In this document: positions 1 to 8,809 of the stretch, in pieces
Position numbering within the stretch: the first letter of the stretch is position 1
Layout of the letters: every line of letters begins with the position of its first letter
NCBI GenBank assembly: GCA_964532415.1
Contig: CAZHHN010000002.1
Span: 7,852-71,851, forward strand
Direction: 5' to 3'
From: an uncultured Gammaproteobacteria bacterium
Lineage (GTDB): Bacteria > Patescibacteriota > Patescibacteriia > SG8-24 > DYFX01
DNA length: 64,000 nucleotides
Translations under genes and position numbers: made by a program
The notes under the pieces: generated by a model
The model's database searches: none
Seen by the model: only the letters and a program-made list of their open reading frames with translations
What the model was told of the DNA's origin: nothing

Positions 1-2838
1 GACGAGATACGGATCCATGAAGGCGGTGCCGTTCCCGTTCATGAAATTCTTCCAGACCCATTTCCTCTGGGCGGACAGGCCATCGCTCTTCATGGCGGCC
101 CAGCCGTAGGCATGGTCGGTATCGGTCACGATGACTTTGGCGCCGGTGCCGGCCGGAAGCTGCGCGCCGGTCGAGATCCAGTCGGCCGGACCGTTGTAGA
201 GCGGCGCGTCGCCGGAACCGCCGTTCAGATACTGATAGGTCATGCCGACCGGATGCGGGACGCTCCTCGAGGCCTCATCCTGTTTCATCTCGTTGATGAC
301 GTTGTACTGCCAGGCGGTCGAATAGGCGTCGCCGGCTTCATTGGCGACTTCGTAGATGACGTTATCCAGATCGCCGAGCGTATCTGAGACCTTGCGAATG
401 TAGGCCCGTTCGACGGCCCAAGCCGCGGGCGTGATCCGCGAGGCATCCTGCGAACAGGTGCCGGCGCAGTCGATGGCGTTCACGTTATTGGAGAGACCGA
501 ACGGATTGCCGTCGGCCGGACTGTCGCCGAATTCCGGATTGTAGCCGTCGAAAAGCTGCACGGCGACATACACGCCGTTCTTTCCGGCCTTGATCGCGCG
601 GTCCCGCAGCCGGTCGAAATAGACCTGATCGAACCTGTTAAGATCGAACTTCGGCCTGCCGTCGTTCGCCGTGCCGGGCCCGGTCCGCCCCCACGGCAGC
701 GATCCGTCCACGATCTGAATGTTGGGATCGGCGTTGCCGACGTTGGTCATGCCGGCCGTCCAGAGACGCATGAAGTTGAAGCCGTGCGCGGCCATGAACG
801 CCATGTACCCGTCGTAATCGAACGGCGGCGGCGAGGCGATCGTCCCGCGATCGAGCAGGTTCGACCACGTATGCGAACCGTTCAGATAGACGGCCTTGCC
901 CGTCCCGTCAGTGAAGTAGCGCGGATTGGAGACCAGCACGCGCAGCGGCCCCGGCGTGGCGAGCTGCGGCGCCTGAAAGGTTACGGCGATGATGGACGTG
1001 CCGGTCGCGCTGACGTTGCCGGCCGCATCGAAGGCGGAAACGGCGTAGGTATACGAAGTCGCCGGGGTCAGGCCGTCGTCCTGATACGCCGTCGTTCCCG
1101 ACGTGGCGACCTGCGCGCCATTCCGGAAAATCCTGTATCCGGCAACGCCCACGTTGTCGGTTGAAGCGTTCCAGGACAGATCGACGTGCACCGAAGAAAC
1201 CGGCGCAGCCGCGAGCCCCGAAGGTACGGAGGGAGGCGCCGTATCGACCGTCGTCGGCGTCGTGAAGACGGCATCGGAACCGAGGCGCTCGTTGCCCAAC
1301 GCGTCCGCGCTGCGGACGCGATAATGGTAGGTGGTGCCAGCGGCGAGATTCGAAAGGCCGACGGTGTGCGACGTCACCAAAGAGGCGTCGAGCGGGGTGA
1401 GGGTGCCGTAGGCCGCCGTCGTCCCATATTCCACCTGCGACGTGGCCGGCTCGTTCGTCGTCCAGCTGACGCTGCGCGAGTCGGTTGCCGTTCCGGCCGT
1501 CGAAACGTTCGAGATGACCGGCGCGGTCGTATCCAACGTGATGGTATCGCTGACCGATGCCGACCAGTTTCCGGCGGCGTCCTTGAACTGCGCGAAGACG
1601 GTCTTCAGGCCGTCGCCGGCGGAAAGGACCCAGGTTTTGGACGTCGCATACGTTTCGGGTGCGCTGAAATTCGCGCCGTCGTTTGAGAAGCGCATCTGCG
1701 CCACGGAGCCGCCAGGATCGGTCGCGTTCAGGGTCAGGGCCGCAGAGGTCGAAGCCGCGGCTGCAGCTCCCCCATTCACGACAACCGAACCCGTCGGGGC
1801 TTGCGTATCGACCGTCACGCCGACCGTCGCGCTCGAGGTCGCGTTCCCGGCCGCATCGCGCGCCCTTGCCGACAGGGTATGCGCTCCGTTCGCGACGCCG
1901 GCGGTGTTCCACGAGACCGCGTACGGGCTGGTCGTGTCTTCGGCTCCCAAATTCGCTCCATCAAGCAGGAACTGCACGCCGGCCACGGCCACGTTGTCCG
2001 AGGCGCTGGCGGTCACGGACACGGTCGTGTTCGGCAGCAATTGTCCGGCCGTCGGCGCGGTCAGCGCGACGACCGGGGCGGTCGTATCGACCACCGGGTT
2101 GCCGACCGGCGCGTTCATGTCGGACTGGATTTCCGCCTGGCTGAGGGCGCGGTTATAGACGCGCACTTCGTCGATCACGCCCTGGAAATAATAGCCGCTG
2201 CCGCCGGTACGCCGTCCGATCGCCGCGCTCACGGACGCGTTCGGGTTCGAAGCCGGCACCGTGCCGGTCAGGATTCCGTCGTCCAAAACGCCGTTCACAT
2301 AGATGTCGAGCGTCCGCGCCGTGGCGTTGTAGACGCCGGCCACGTGATACCACGTGTTGAGCTGACGGATGATGTTGCTGTTCCGCTGGACGGAGGCGCC
2401 GAGGTCGACGGCGAAGCGATGCGCCCCCGTGTCCGGGCTGGTCTTGAGCTGCCAGCCCTTGGAGTCGTTCGACTTGGCGATGATCTGGCCGTCGTCGGCC
2501 GGATCGCCGGTGGCATAGACCCAGGCGCTCCAGGTGGAGCTGCTGGTCAGCTGCAAAGCGGACGGATTGCCGAGATCGACATAATTCCCGTTGCCGTTGA
2601 ATGACAGCCCCTTGCCGTATTTGCCCGTCGTCCACGTCGCGCCGTGAAGCGTGCCGTTCAGGCCATTGCCGGAACTGTCCGCCGCGACGCTGCCGCTTCC
2701 GGCATCCAGCGCATAGGCCGCGATCTGGCCGGACGCCGCCGAACCCGGACGCGAACCGAGCGACCCGAACACAAGCGCGAGCATCAGCAGACTGCCGAAC
2801 CGGACCCATCTCGGCACTTGGCGCGGGTTTTTTCGCAT
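1..2838 (-). CDS. Secreted multidomain surface protein: signal peptide, LamG/concanavalin-like lectin domain, FN3/Ig-like modules, C-terminal glycoside-hydrolase-like (GH5-like) domain; C-terminus runs off window start (partial)
   Basis: Own translation of minus strand from ATG at 2838 (MRKNPRQVPRWVRFGSLLMLALVFGSLGSRPGSAAS signal peptide) stays open to nt 1. LamG-like block (GWQLKT..RFAVDLG..NTWYHVAGVY). FN3-like (VSWTTNEPATSQVEYGTT). Glycosidase-like (FNFMRLW..NVIYEVANE..WQYNVINE). Absent from ORF table because no stop inside window. Confidence 0.75.
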   Translation of the reverse strand, partial: MRKNPRQVPRWVRFGSLLMLALVFGSLGSRPGSAASGQIAAYALDAGSGSVAADSSGNGLNGTLHGATWTTGKYGKGLSFNGNGNYVDLGNPSALQLTSSSTWSAWVYATGDPADDGQIIAKSNDSKGWQLKTSPDTGAHRFAVDLGASVQRNSNIIRQLNTWYHVAGVYNATARTLDIYVNGVLDDGILTGTVPASNPNASVSAAIGRRTGGSGYYFQGVIDEVRVYNRALSQAEIQSDMNAPVGNPVVDTTAPVVALTAPTAGQLLPNTTVSVTASASDNVAVAGVQFLLDGANLGAEDTTSPYAVSWNTAGVANGAHTLSARARDAAGNATSSATVGVTVDTQAPTGSVVVNGGAAAAASTSAALTLNATDPGGSVAQMRFSNDGANFSAPETYATSKTWVLSAGDGLKTVFAQFKDAAGNWSASVSDTITLDTTAPVISNVSTAGTATDSRSVSWTTNEPATSQVEYGTTAAYGTLTPLDASLVTSHTVGLSNLAAGTTYHYRVRSADALGNERLGSDAVFTTPTTVDTAPPSVPSGLAAAPVSSVHVDLSWNASTDNVGVAGYRIFRNGAQVATSGTTAYQDDGLTPATSYTYAVSAFDAAGNVSATGTSIIAVTFQAPQLATPGPLRVLVSNPRYFTDGTGKAVYLNGSHTWSNLLDRGTIASPPPFDYDGYMAFMAAHGFNFMRLWTAGMTNVGNADPNIQIVDGSLPWGRTGPGTANDGRPKFDLNRFDQVYFDRLRDRAIKAGKNGVYVAVQLFDGYNPEFGDSPADGNPFGLSNNVNAIDCAGTCSQDASRITPAAWAVERAYIRKVSDTLGDLDNVIYEVANEAGDAYSTAWQYNVINEMKQDEASRSVPHPVGMTYQYLNGGSGDAPLYNGPADWISTGAQLPAGTGAKVIVTDTDHAYGWAAMKSDGLSAQRKWVWKNFMNGNGTAFMDPYLV

Positions 2839-2934
2839 ACGGCGAAACAATAAGGGCTAATGGTAAGTCGGCGCCATTGTAGTACCTTTGGGCATCCTTG
2901 AACAGGTCGCCGCACCGACCGATCGCCCCGGCGA

Positions 2935-2963
2935 TTGACAAGCCCGACGGGGGGTGTTATTGT
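2935..2963 (+). promoter_or_regulatory. Sigma70-like promoter TTGACA-17nt-TATTGT for Nudix gene
   Basis: TTGACA at 2935-2940, 17-nt spacer, TATTGT at 2958-2963, about 50 nt upstream of ATG 3016 with GGGGAG SD at 3003-3008. Confidence 0.5.
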
Positions 2964-3015
2964 GCCCGATCCGCTCATTGACCGCATCAATATCTACAAC
3001 CACGGGGAGTGAAGC

Positions 3016-3876
3016 ATGATGGATTTGAGAGAGTTTTTCCCGAGGCTTTCGACCGCAGAGCTCGATGCTGCCACAACCAGGACTGCCGCGCTGACCGAAG
3101 CAGTCCGCCGCGAAGGTACAGCACAGATCATGAGAGACCGGGCGGCCGGAAAAGTACTGAAGGATAATCCGGTAGCGACCGTCACGGGCTTCGGGATACT
3201 CAACCGCCCCTCGGCACAAGTGGATTCAGGATGCGTCACGACGGACCAGATCGTCACCGCCGGCGGCCAGATCGTGCCCATCCGACGCGGGAAAATCACC
3301 TACTTCGCCTCGCGGGTCACATGGCCGGCCTATCCGCAGGTACGTGCATGCCTGGAATCCCTGGGTGGCCCGCCGGATTCCGCCGGGATCGATCTCGCCC
3401 TGTTCGCGTTCTTTCCCCACCTCGCCGGCGTGATGGGATTCCTCCATCATGACGGGAAGCTGATCATGAACGTGCGTGCCCAGGCCCTGGCCGGTACGCA
3501 TTCGGGCATGGCCAGCTTTCCCGCCGGGCTCGTCACTCCGAACGAAACGCTGGCGACCGCGCTCATACGCGAGGTAGACGAGGAAGTACCGGGCGTTTCG
3601 GTCGCATGGACGGACTGGTCGCTCACCCTCAATCCGGACGCGCCGAACGTCACGTTCGGCCGACGCGGAGAGGCCCTCGCGCCGCCGGAGCTGACCGGCT
3701 CGTGGGAAGCCGAGGGCAAGCAGCACGTCTGGGTGCCAGCCGCGGCCATTCAAGAGGCGGTTGCCGGCGACAGCGGCGCGCTGACGGACGCCTTCCGATT
3801 GTCCGGCGTCCAGGTCGGCGAAGACCTCGCCATCGCCCCCGACGCCGCCAAACTGTTCTCGCTTCTGTTCCGCTGA
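3016..3876 (+). CDS. Nudix hydrolase with ~120-aa N-terminal extension
   Basis: Nudix box GLVTPNETLATALIREVDEEVPGV fits GX5EX7REUXEEXGU. SD GGGGAG 8 nt upstream. Confidence 0.7.
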   Translation: MMDLREFFPRLSTAELDAATTRTAALTEAVRREGTAQIMRDRAAGKVLKDNPVATVTGFGILNRPSAQVDSGCVTTDQIVTAGGQIVPIRRGKITYFASRVTWPAYPQVRACLESLGGPPDSAGIDLALFAFFPHLAGVMGFLHHDGKLIMNVRAQALAGTHSGMASFPAGLVTPNETLATALIREVDEEVPGVSVAWTDWSLTLNPDAPNVTFGRRGEALAPPELTGSWEAEGKQHVWVPAAAIQEAVAGDSGALTDAFRLSGVQVGEDLAIAPDAAKLFSLLFR

Positions 3877-3909
3877 GACCGCGCTCCACGCCGGTCTCCT
3901 TTCTTTTTC
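3876..3909 (+). terminator. Rho-independent terminator after Nudix gene
   Basis: AGACCG..CGGTCT stem followed by CCTTTCTTTTTCT immediately after TGA at 3874-3876. Confidence 0.5.
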
Positions 3910-3985
3910 TGGGCCTGCGGCCCGCATTCCGTCCGGACGAACATTCCGGTAGAATGTAGAGGATGAAAAACGGACGCCGATATCC

Positions 3986-4459
3986 ATGCTGTCCATGCCT
4001 TTGAGGGCATTCAAGGCCAAGCTCCGCGCCGGAGAAGGAGGTGGCTTTTTCGTCATGATCCCCTACGATATCGAAAAGGCCTACGGGAAGAAAAACATGG
4101 TTCCGGTCAAAGCGACTTTTGACGGCGAGCCCTATGTGGGCAGCATCGCCAATATGGGAAGCGGTCCCTTTCTGGTCGTGCGCAAAGCCATTCGGGAAAA
4201 GATCGCGAAGGAGCCGGGAGATACGGTCAACGTGACGGTCAGGTTGGACACCGCGCCGCGCACCGTTGCATTACCTTCGGATATCGCGTCGTTCCTGCGC
4301 ACGCATAAAAAAGAAAAACCTGTCTTCGATTCCCTCTCCTTCACTCACCGGAAAGAGTACGTGGAGTGGATTACGGGAGCGAAAAAACCCGAAACGAAAC
4401 AGCGGCGACTGATGAAGATGCTGGAAATGCTGAAAGAGAGAAGGAGAACCCGCCGATGA
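3986..4459 (+). CDS. DUF1905 / YdeI-OmpD-associated family protein
   Basis: MIPYDIEKAYGKK..VPVKATFDGEPY (DUF1905-like) plus C-terminal EYVEWITGAKKPETKQRRLMKMLEML (YdeI-like). Start could also be ATG 3995. Confidence 0.6.
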   Translation: MLSMPLRAFKAKLRAGEGGGFFVMIPYDIEKAYGKKNMVPVKATFDGEPYVGSIANMGSGPFLVVRKAIREKIAKEPGDTVNVTVRLDTAPRTVALPSDIASFLRTHKKEKPVFDSLSFTHRKEYVEWITGAKKPETKQRRLMKMLEMLKERRRTRR

Positions 4460-5532
4460 AATCACCGTGGCGCCTGATGTCTAAACCCTTCATGCTGACT
4501 TTGGCCCTGACCGTGCTGTGCGCTCCCAGCCTTGTTCAGGCACAGTCGTACGGGAATTGGCACCCTCGGCCGGCCCCAACGGGACCGCCGGAGATTGTTT
4601 TCCCGGTGGACGGTCCGGCCACCTATGCCGATGACTTCGGCGCTCCCCGTTCGGGCGGACGCATGCATGAGGGCATCGACATCCTGTCGCCGAAGATGAC
4701 CCGCATTCTGGCGGCCAAGGGAGGCGAAGTGGTGTTCGCGCCCATGACGGAGCCAAGCTACGGCTACATGCTGTCGATCGCCGGCGACGACGGATACACC
4801 TATAATTACATCCACATCAACAACGACACGCCCGGCACCGACGACGGAGCCGGCGGTCCCCAGAATGCCTACGCTCCCGGCATCCGTGACGGCGCGCGCG
4901 TCACCCAGGGACAGCTCATTGCCTGGGTCGGCGATTCCGGCGATGCCGAATCGACCGCCTCGCATCTGCACTTCGAGATCCGGCTGCCGGACGACACGCC
5001 CATCGACGCCTATCCGTATCTCAAAGCGTCGCAGGGGGTATATACCTTCGACCCGTCCGCGGCACTCTCCGCCAGCCCAACCATCGCCCAGGATAAGAAC
5101 GTCATCGCCGACCCCGCTTCGGGCTGCCCAGCCGGCAGGCTCGTCAAGCTCGCCAACGACGGCGACAAGAGCACGCATTTCGACGAAGCCGTCTATTACT
5201 GCGGGGGCGACGGCAAACGGTATGTATTTCCCAACAGCAGGGTCTACGCGAGCTGGTATACGGATTTCTCCGGCGTCCAGGTCATCGACGCGCAGGCCCT
5301 GGCCGCACTCAGGATCGGCGGCAACGTCACCTATCGTCCCGGCGCGAAGCTCGTGAAAATCACGACCGATCCGAAAGTCTATGCCGTCGACCTGCACGGG
5401 ACGCTGCGCTGGGTCTCGACTTCGGCCCTGGCCGCCAAGCTCTATGGCGCGAACTGGGCGAAAAACGTCGATGACCTTCCCGACGCCTTCTTCGCCGATT
5501 ACCGGATCGGCCCGCCGATCACTGCCGCCTGA
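4456..5532 (+). CDS. Secreted M23 (LytM-type) peptidase with C-terminal domain of unknown function
   Basis: AGAAGGAGAA SD then ATG 4456 (ATGA overlap with preceding stop). Signal peptide MKSPWRLMSKPFMLTLALTVLCAPSLVQA. M23 motifs HEGIDI and GDSGDAESTASHLHFEI. Confidence 0.8.
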   Translation: MKSPWRLMSKPFMLTLALTVLCAPSLVQAQSYGNWHPRPAPTGPPEIVFPVDGPATYADDFGAPRSGGRMHEGIDILSPKMTRILAAKGGEVVFAPMTEPSYGYMLSIAGDDGYTYNYIHINNDTPGTDDGAGGPQNAYAPGIRDGARVTQGQLIAWVGDSGDAESTASHLHFEIRLPDDTPIDAYPYLKASQGVYTFDPSAALSASPTIAQDKNVIADPASGCPAGRLVKLANDGDKSTHFDEAVYYCGGDGKRYVFPNSRVYASWYTDFSGVQVIDAQALAALRIGGNVTYRPGAKLVKITTDPKVYAVDLHGTLRWVSTSALAAKLYGANWAKNVDDLPDAFFADYRIGPPITAA

Positions 5533-5549
5533 GACCGAGCCGCGCTGCT

Positions 5550-6515
5550 TTACTTTCTCAAATACCGCCGCATCGAGAGGGCCGTCGCCGCAAGCGACAG
5601 GAAAGTGACGGCCGCGAATTGATAGCTGAAAATCTGGAGCCCGTGGTCGCGGAAATAACCGGCCACGCCGATATCGGCGCCGAAAAACGCGCGGGCGGCC
5701 GGATCGACCAAACCGAGCGTCGGCAGTACGATCGCCGCCACGACGCCGACCGCCAGCAGATTGAACAGGAACGTCTCGATCAGGAACGGCATGCGCACGA
5801 AATTGCTCGAGGCGCCGACCAGCCGCATGATGGCGATCTCCTCGCGATGGATGTAGATGGCCACGCGGATGGTGTTGAAGACGATCAGGAGCGCGATGAC
5901 GGCGAAGACGAGGCTGAGGGAGAGCGCCGCCCGCTGCACCCGGGCGGTGACGGAGGTCAGCCGGTCGATCAGCAGGCGGTGGTCTTCGACGGTTTTGTCC
6001 GCCACCAGCCCTTTGACGGCCGGGCTGTCGAGCACTTCCAGGATCGGCCCGTAGCCCGACGCGTCTTTCGCCTTGATGACCAGGACGGCGCCGAGCGGAT
6101 TCTCCCCGACTTCCTGCAGCGCCGCCAGAATCTGCGGCTCATCGGCGTGCGTCTTCCGGAAACGGTCGAGCGCCTGGCTGCGCGAGACGAATTCGACGTC
6201 GCGGACTTCCGGCAGCGAAGTCAGGTTGCCGCGCACGCCGAGGATGCGCTCGTCGGAGACGTCCGGGCCGAAATAGACCGAGACGTCGACGCGGTCTTCG
6301 ACCGTCCGGATGGCCGCGTCGGTGAAAAAATTGACGATGACGAGCAGGTTCAGGGAAAAATACGTGAGCGAAAGGATCGAGACCGTCATGAGCGACAGGC
6401 CGAGATTCCTCCAAAAATCGGTGAAGGCGAATTTGATGACGCGGCCGGCGGGAACGAACATGGCTTCAGATGAGATATTTGCCTTCCTCATGATCGGCGA
6501 CGATCTCGCCGGCAT
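5550..6515 (-). CDS. ftsX: Cell division permease FtsX (start uncertain, 6461-6515)
   Basis: Four TM helices, large periplasmic loop. Directly downstream of ftsE. Candidate starts MRKANI (6491) or MFVPAG (6461). Confidence 0.8.
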   Translation of the reverse strand: MPARSSPIMRKANISSEAMFVPAGRVIKFAFTDFWRNLGLSLMTVSILSLTYFSLNLLVIVNFFTDAAIRTVEDRVDVSVYFGPDVSDERILGVRGNLTSLPEVRDVEFVSRSQALDRFRKTHADEPQILAALQEVGENPLGAVLVIKAKDASGYGPILEVLDSPAVKGLVADKTVEDHRLLIDRLTSVTARVQRAALSLSLVFAVIALLIVFNTIRVAIYIHREEIAIMRLVGASSNFVRMPFLIETFLFNLLAVGVVAAIVLPTLGLVDPAARAFFGADIGVAGYFRDHGLQIFSYQFAAVTFLSLAATALSMRRYLRK

Positions 6516-7146
6516 GGATCGTCAGCACGCGCCGGCGGAGCGCGTTCACGATCTCGCGGTTGTGCGTGACCATCACGATGGTCGTGCCGAATTCGTTGAT
6601 CTTCCGGAAGATGTCGACGATCTCGCGGGTATGGATTGAATCGAGGTTGCCGGTCGGCTCGTCGGCCACGATGATCTTGGGCCGATGCACCAGCGAGCGC
6701 GCGATCACCACGCGCTGCTGTTCGCCGCCCGAGAGCTGCCATGGATAGCGCCCTTCCTTGCCGGAGAGATTGACGATGCGCAGCACGTGCGGAATGATCT
6801 CGCGGATGCGCCCGCCCGGCACCCCGGCGACTTCGAGCGCGAACGCCACGTTTTCGTAGACCGTCTTGCGGGGCAGCAGCTTGAAATCCTGGAAGACCAC
6901 GCCGATCTGGCGGCGTAGGCCCGGCACGTCCCGGTCGCGGATGCGGCCAATCTCCCAGCCGCCGATCTGGAGCGATCCGCCCGTCGGCCGCTCCTCGGCG
7001 ATCAGCAGCTTGACCAGCGTCGATTTGCCGGTGCCGCTCTGGCCGACGATCGACACGAACTCCCCCGGACGGATGTGCAGGTTGATGTTCTTGACCCCGA
7101 CGATGCCGGGGCTATACATCTTGCTGATGTTTCTGAGACGGATCAT
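6466..7146 (-). CDS. ftsE: Cell division ABC ATPase FtsE
   Basis: MIRLRNISKMY..GQSGTGKST Walker A, LSGGEQQR signature, Walker B IIVADEPTGNLD. Confidence 0.9.
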   Translation of the reverse strand: MIRLRNISKMYSPGIVGVKNINLHIRPGEFVSIVGQSGTGKSTLVKLLIAEERPTGGSLQIGGWEIGRIRDRDVPGLRRQIGVVFQDFKLLPRKTVYENVAFALEVAGVPGGRIREIIPHVLRIVNLSGKEGRYPWQLSGGEQQRVVIARSLVHRPKIIVADEPTGNLDSIHTREIVDIFRKINEFGTTIVMVTHNREIVNALRRRVLTIHAGEIVADHEEGKYLI

Positions 7147-7195
7147 GCCACCGCAGTATACCAGAAAATCCGGCCCGCGTGATCATCGCGAATGC

Positions 7196-7225
7196 AAAAA
7201 GACCCGACGGATGTCGGGTCTTTTT
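7196..7225. terminator. Bidirectional hairpin terminator between ftsE upstream region and tRNA-Thr
   Basis: AAAAA-GACCCGAC-GGAT-GTCGGGTC-TTTTT perfect 8-bp GC-rich stem with A and T tracts. Confidence 0.7.
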
Positions 7226-7300
7226 GGAGCCACCTCGGGGAATCGAACCCCGGACCTTTGCTTTACGAAAGCACTGCTCTACCGGCTGAGCTAAGGTGGC
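7225..7300 (-). tRNA. tRNA-Thr (anticodon CGU), CCA encoded
   Basis: Reverse complement GCCACCTTAGCTCAGCCGGTAGAGCAGTGCTTTCGTAAAGCAAAGGTCCGGGGTTCGATTCCCCGAGGTGGCTCCA folds as cloverleaf. Anticodon loop TTCGTAA. Confidence 0.85.
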
Positions 7301-7301
7301 G

Positions 7302-7375
7302 TGGAGCGGGTAACGGGAATCGAACCCGTCTCTCAACCTTGGGAAGGTCGCATACTACCGATGTACGATACCCGC
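7302..7375 (-). tRNA. tRNA-Gly (anticodon CCC), CCA encoded
   Basis: Reverse complement GCGGGTATCGTACATCGGTAGTATGCGACCTTCCCAAGGTTGAGAGACGGGTTCGATTCCCGTTACCCGCTCCA. Anticodon stem CGACC/GGTTG, loop TTCCCAA, T-arm ACGGG-TTCGATT-CCCGT. Confidence 0.8.
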
Positions 7376-7431
7376 GCGATCGGGCGCGCGTCAATGGTAG
7401 CCGATCGGCCGGATTTTTCCAAGAGCGGCGG

Positions 7432-8364
7432 CTATCGCACGAACACGATGATCGAGGCCGACTTTTTCTGGCTTTCGAGATAATCGTCAAGCTGGATCGG
7501 GCGGACGAGGATCTCCAGCAGGTGGACCTTGGCGACCTGGCCGTTCGCTTCCTGCCGGTCGACGACGCGCAGCACGTGATACCCGAACGCGCTCTTGATC
7601 ACGCCGCTGGTTTCGCCCGGCTTGAGGGCGAAGGCGGCCGTCTCGACTTCCGGAGGAAGCAGCCCGCGGCCGATCAGGCCCCGATCGCCGCCGGACGGCG
7701 CGATGGCGCGGTCTTCGCTGTACGAGGCCGCCACGTCTTTAAAAGATTTTCCCGCCCGGAGTTCCGCCAAAGCCGCTTCGGCCTTCTTCCGGTTCTCGGC
7801 ATTGAGCGCCTCGTCGGATTGGACGGCGCGCTCCAGCTGCTGGCGCACAAGAAAATCGTGGAGAATGCCTGTTTTGAACTGCGACGGACGGAGGTCGTAC
7901 ATGCGCCGAAGGGTATCCGACGCGCGCGCTTCGGCCTTGGCCTTGCCGGTGGGAGCGGCGAGTGCGGACTGGTCAAGGATAGTGGCGTCGTAGGCCCGGT
8001 CGGCGTCTTCACTGGTCACGACGATGCCGTAGCGGGCGGCCAGCGATTCGGCCAGCCGATCCTTGATCAGCTGGTCGAGCACGCGCCGCTTCAGCTCCGC
8101 TTCATCCGGAAAAACCGAACCGCTCACGGCCGTCGCCTGCTGATCGCGATAAAACCGCTCAAGCGCCTGGAGATGATCCTGGAAATCGGCATAGCGGATC
8201 ACCTTGCCGTTCACGATGGCGGCCGGGTACGGCAGCACTTTGGTCACGACCTCGGCCACTCCGCCATGCCACTGATATCGGTACAGGCAGAAGCCGAAAA
8301 CCGTCGTGGCGATCAAAAAAACGGCGGCGGCGATCGCCCACACCCGGCGGGGCGACAACGGCAT
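7432..8364 (-). CDS. SurA/PrsA-like parvulin-type peptidyl-prolyl isomerase, membrane anchored
   Basis: N-terminal TM (MPLSPRRVWAIAAAVFLIATTVF). C-terminal PpiC/parvulin motif GVIKSAFGYHVLRVVDR. Alternative start 8403. Confidence 0.65.
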   Translation of the reverse strand: MPLSPRRVWAIAAAVFLIATTVFGFCLYRYQWHGGVAEVVTKVLPYPAAIVNGKVIRYADFQDHLQALERFYRDQQATAVSGSVFPDEAELKRRVLDQLIKDRLAESLAARYGIVVTSEDADRAYDATILDQSALAAPTGKAKAEARASDTLRRMYDLRPSQFKTGILHDFLVRQQLERAVQSDEALNAENRKKAEAALAELRAGKSFKDVAASYSEDRAIAPSGGDRGLIGRGLLPPEVETAAFALKPGETSGVIKSAFGYHVLRVVDRQEANGQVAKVHLLEILVRPIQLDDYLESQKKSASIIVFVR

Positions 8365-8377
8365 TTTGAGAACGGCT

Positions 8378-8809
8378 TCAGGCGCGTTTTCGGGCAGCGG
8401 CATAGGCTTCGTAGGCTTTGGGATCGACGAACAGTGTCCACCATTTCCGGGCATTTGACCAGCCGCCGGCTTCAGCCGCACCCGGCATTCCGGCCGTTCC
8501 ACCGGCTTCGGCCGCACCGGTCGGCTTTTTCAGAACGACGACCTGTTCGCCATCCCTGCGAAGCCCGAGCTTCAGACGCGCCTCGCGTTCGAGATATTCT
8601 CCGTTCTGGAGCGAAGCTTCGATCGAAGACAGTTGGAAGTTCCGCACCTGCAAACGATCGGATTCTTGTTTCAGGGTACGGATCTCGGCGTCAATCTGCC
8701 GCGAGCGCAGGACCTCGCGGGCGAAAGCGATGCCCGAAAGGACACCCGCGCAGAGCAGCCCGGCGACAAGCCAGCCGAAACGACTTTTGGATGGCGACGC
8801 CCGTTTCAT
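8378..8809 (-). CDS. FtsB/DivIC-like septum formation initiator (coiled-coil, single TM)
   Basis: MKRASPSKSRFGWLVAGLLCAGVLSGIAFA TM then coiled coil (EIRTLKQESDRLQVRNFQL). ATGA overlap with murE stop at 8806-8809. Confidence 0.55.
   Translation of the reverse strand: MKRASPSKSRFGWLVAGLLCAGVLSGIAFAREVLRSRQIDAEIRTLKQESDRLQVRNFQLSSIEASLQNGEYLEREARLKLGLRRDGEQVVVLKKPTGAAEAGGTAGMPGAAEAGGWSNARKWWTLFVDPKAYEAYAAARKRA

Noticed and set aside
3226-4056. 276-aa minus-strand ORF
   Set aside because: Antisense to the Nudix gene, which has a textbook Nudix box and promoter/SD. Arg-rich artefact.
7225-7375. Integrated element at tRNA genes (tRNA-Thr/Gly, tRNA-Lys)
   Set aside because: No integrase, no partial tRNA duplication and no compositional shift adjacent to either tRNA locus.
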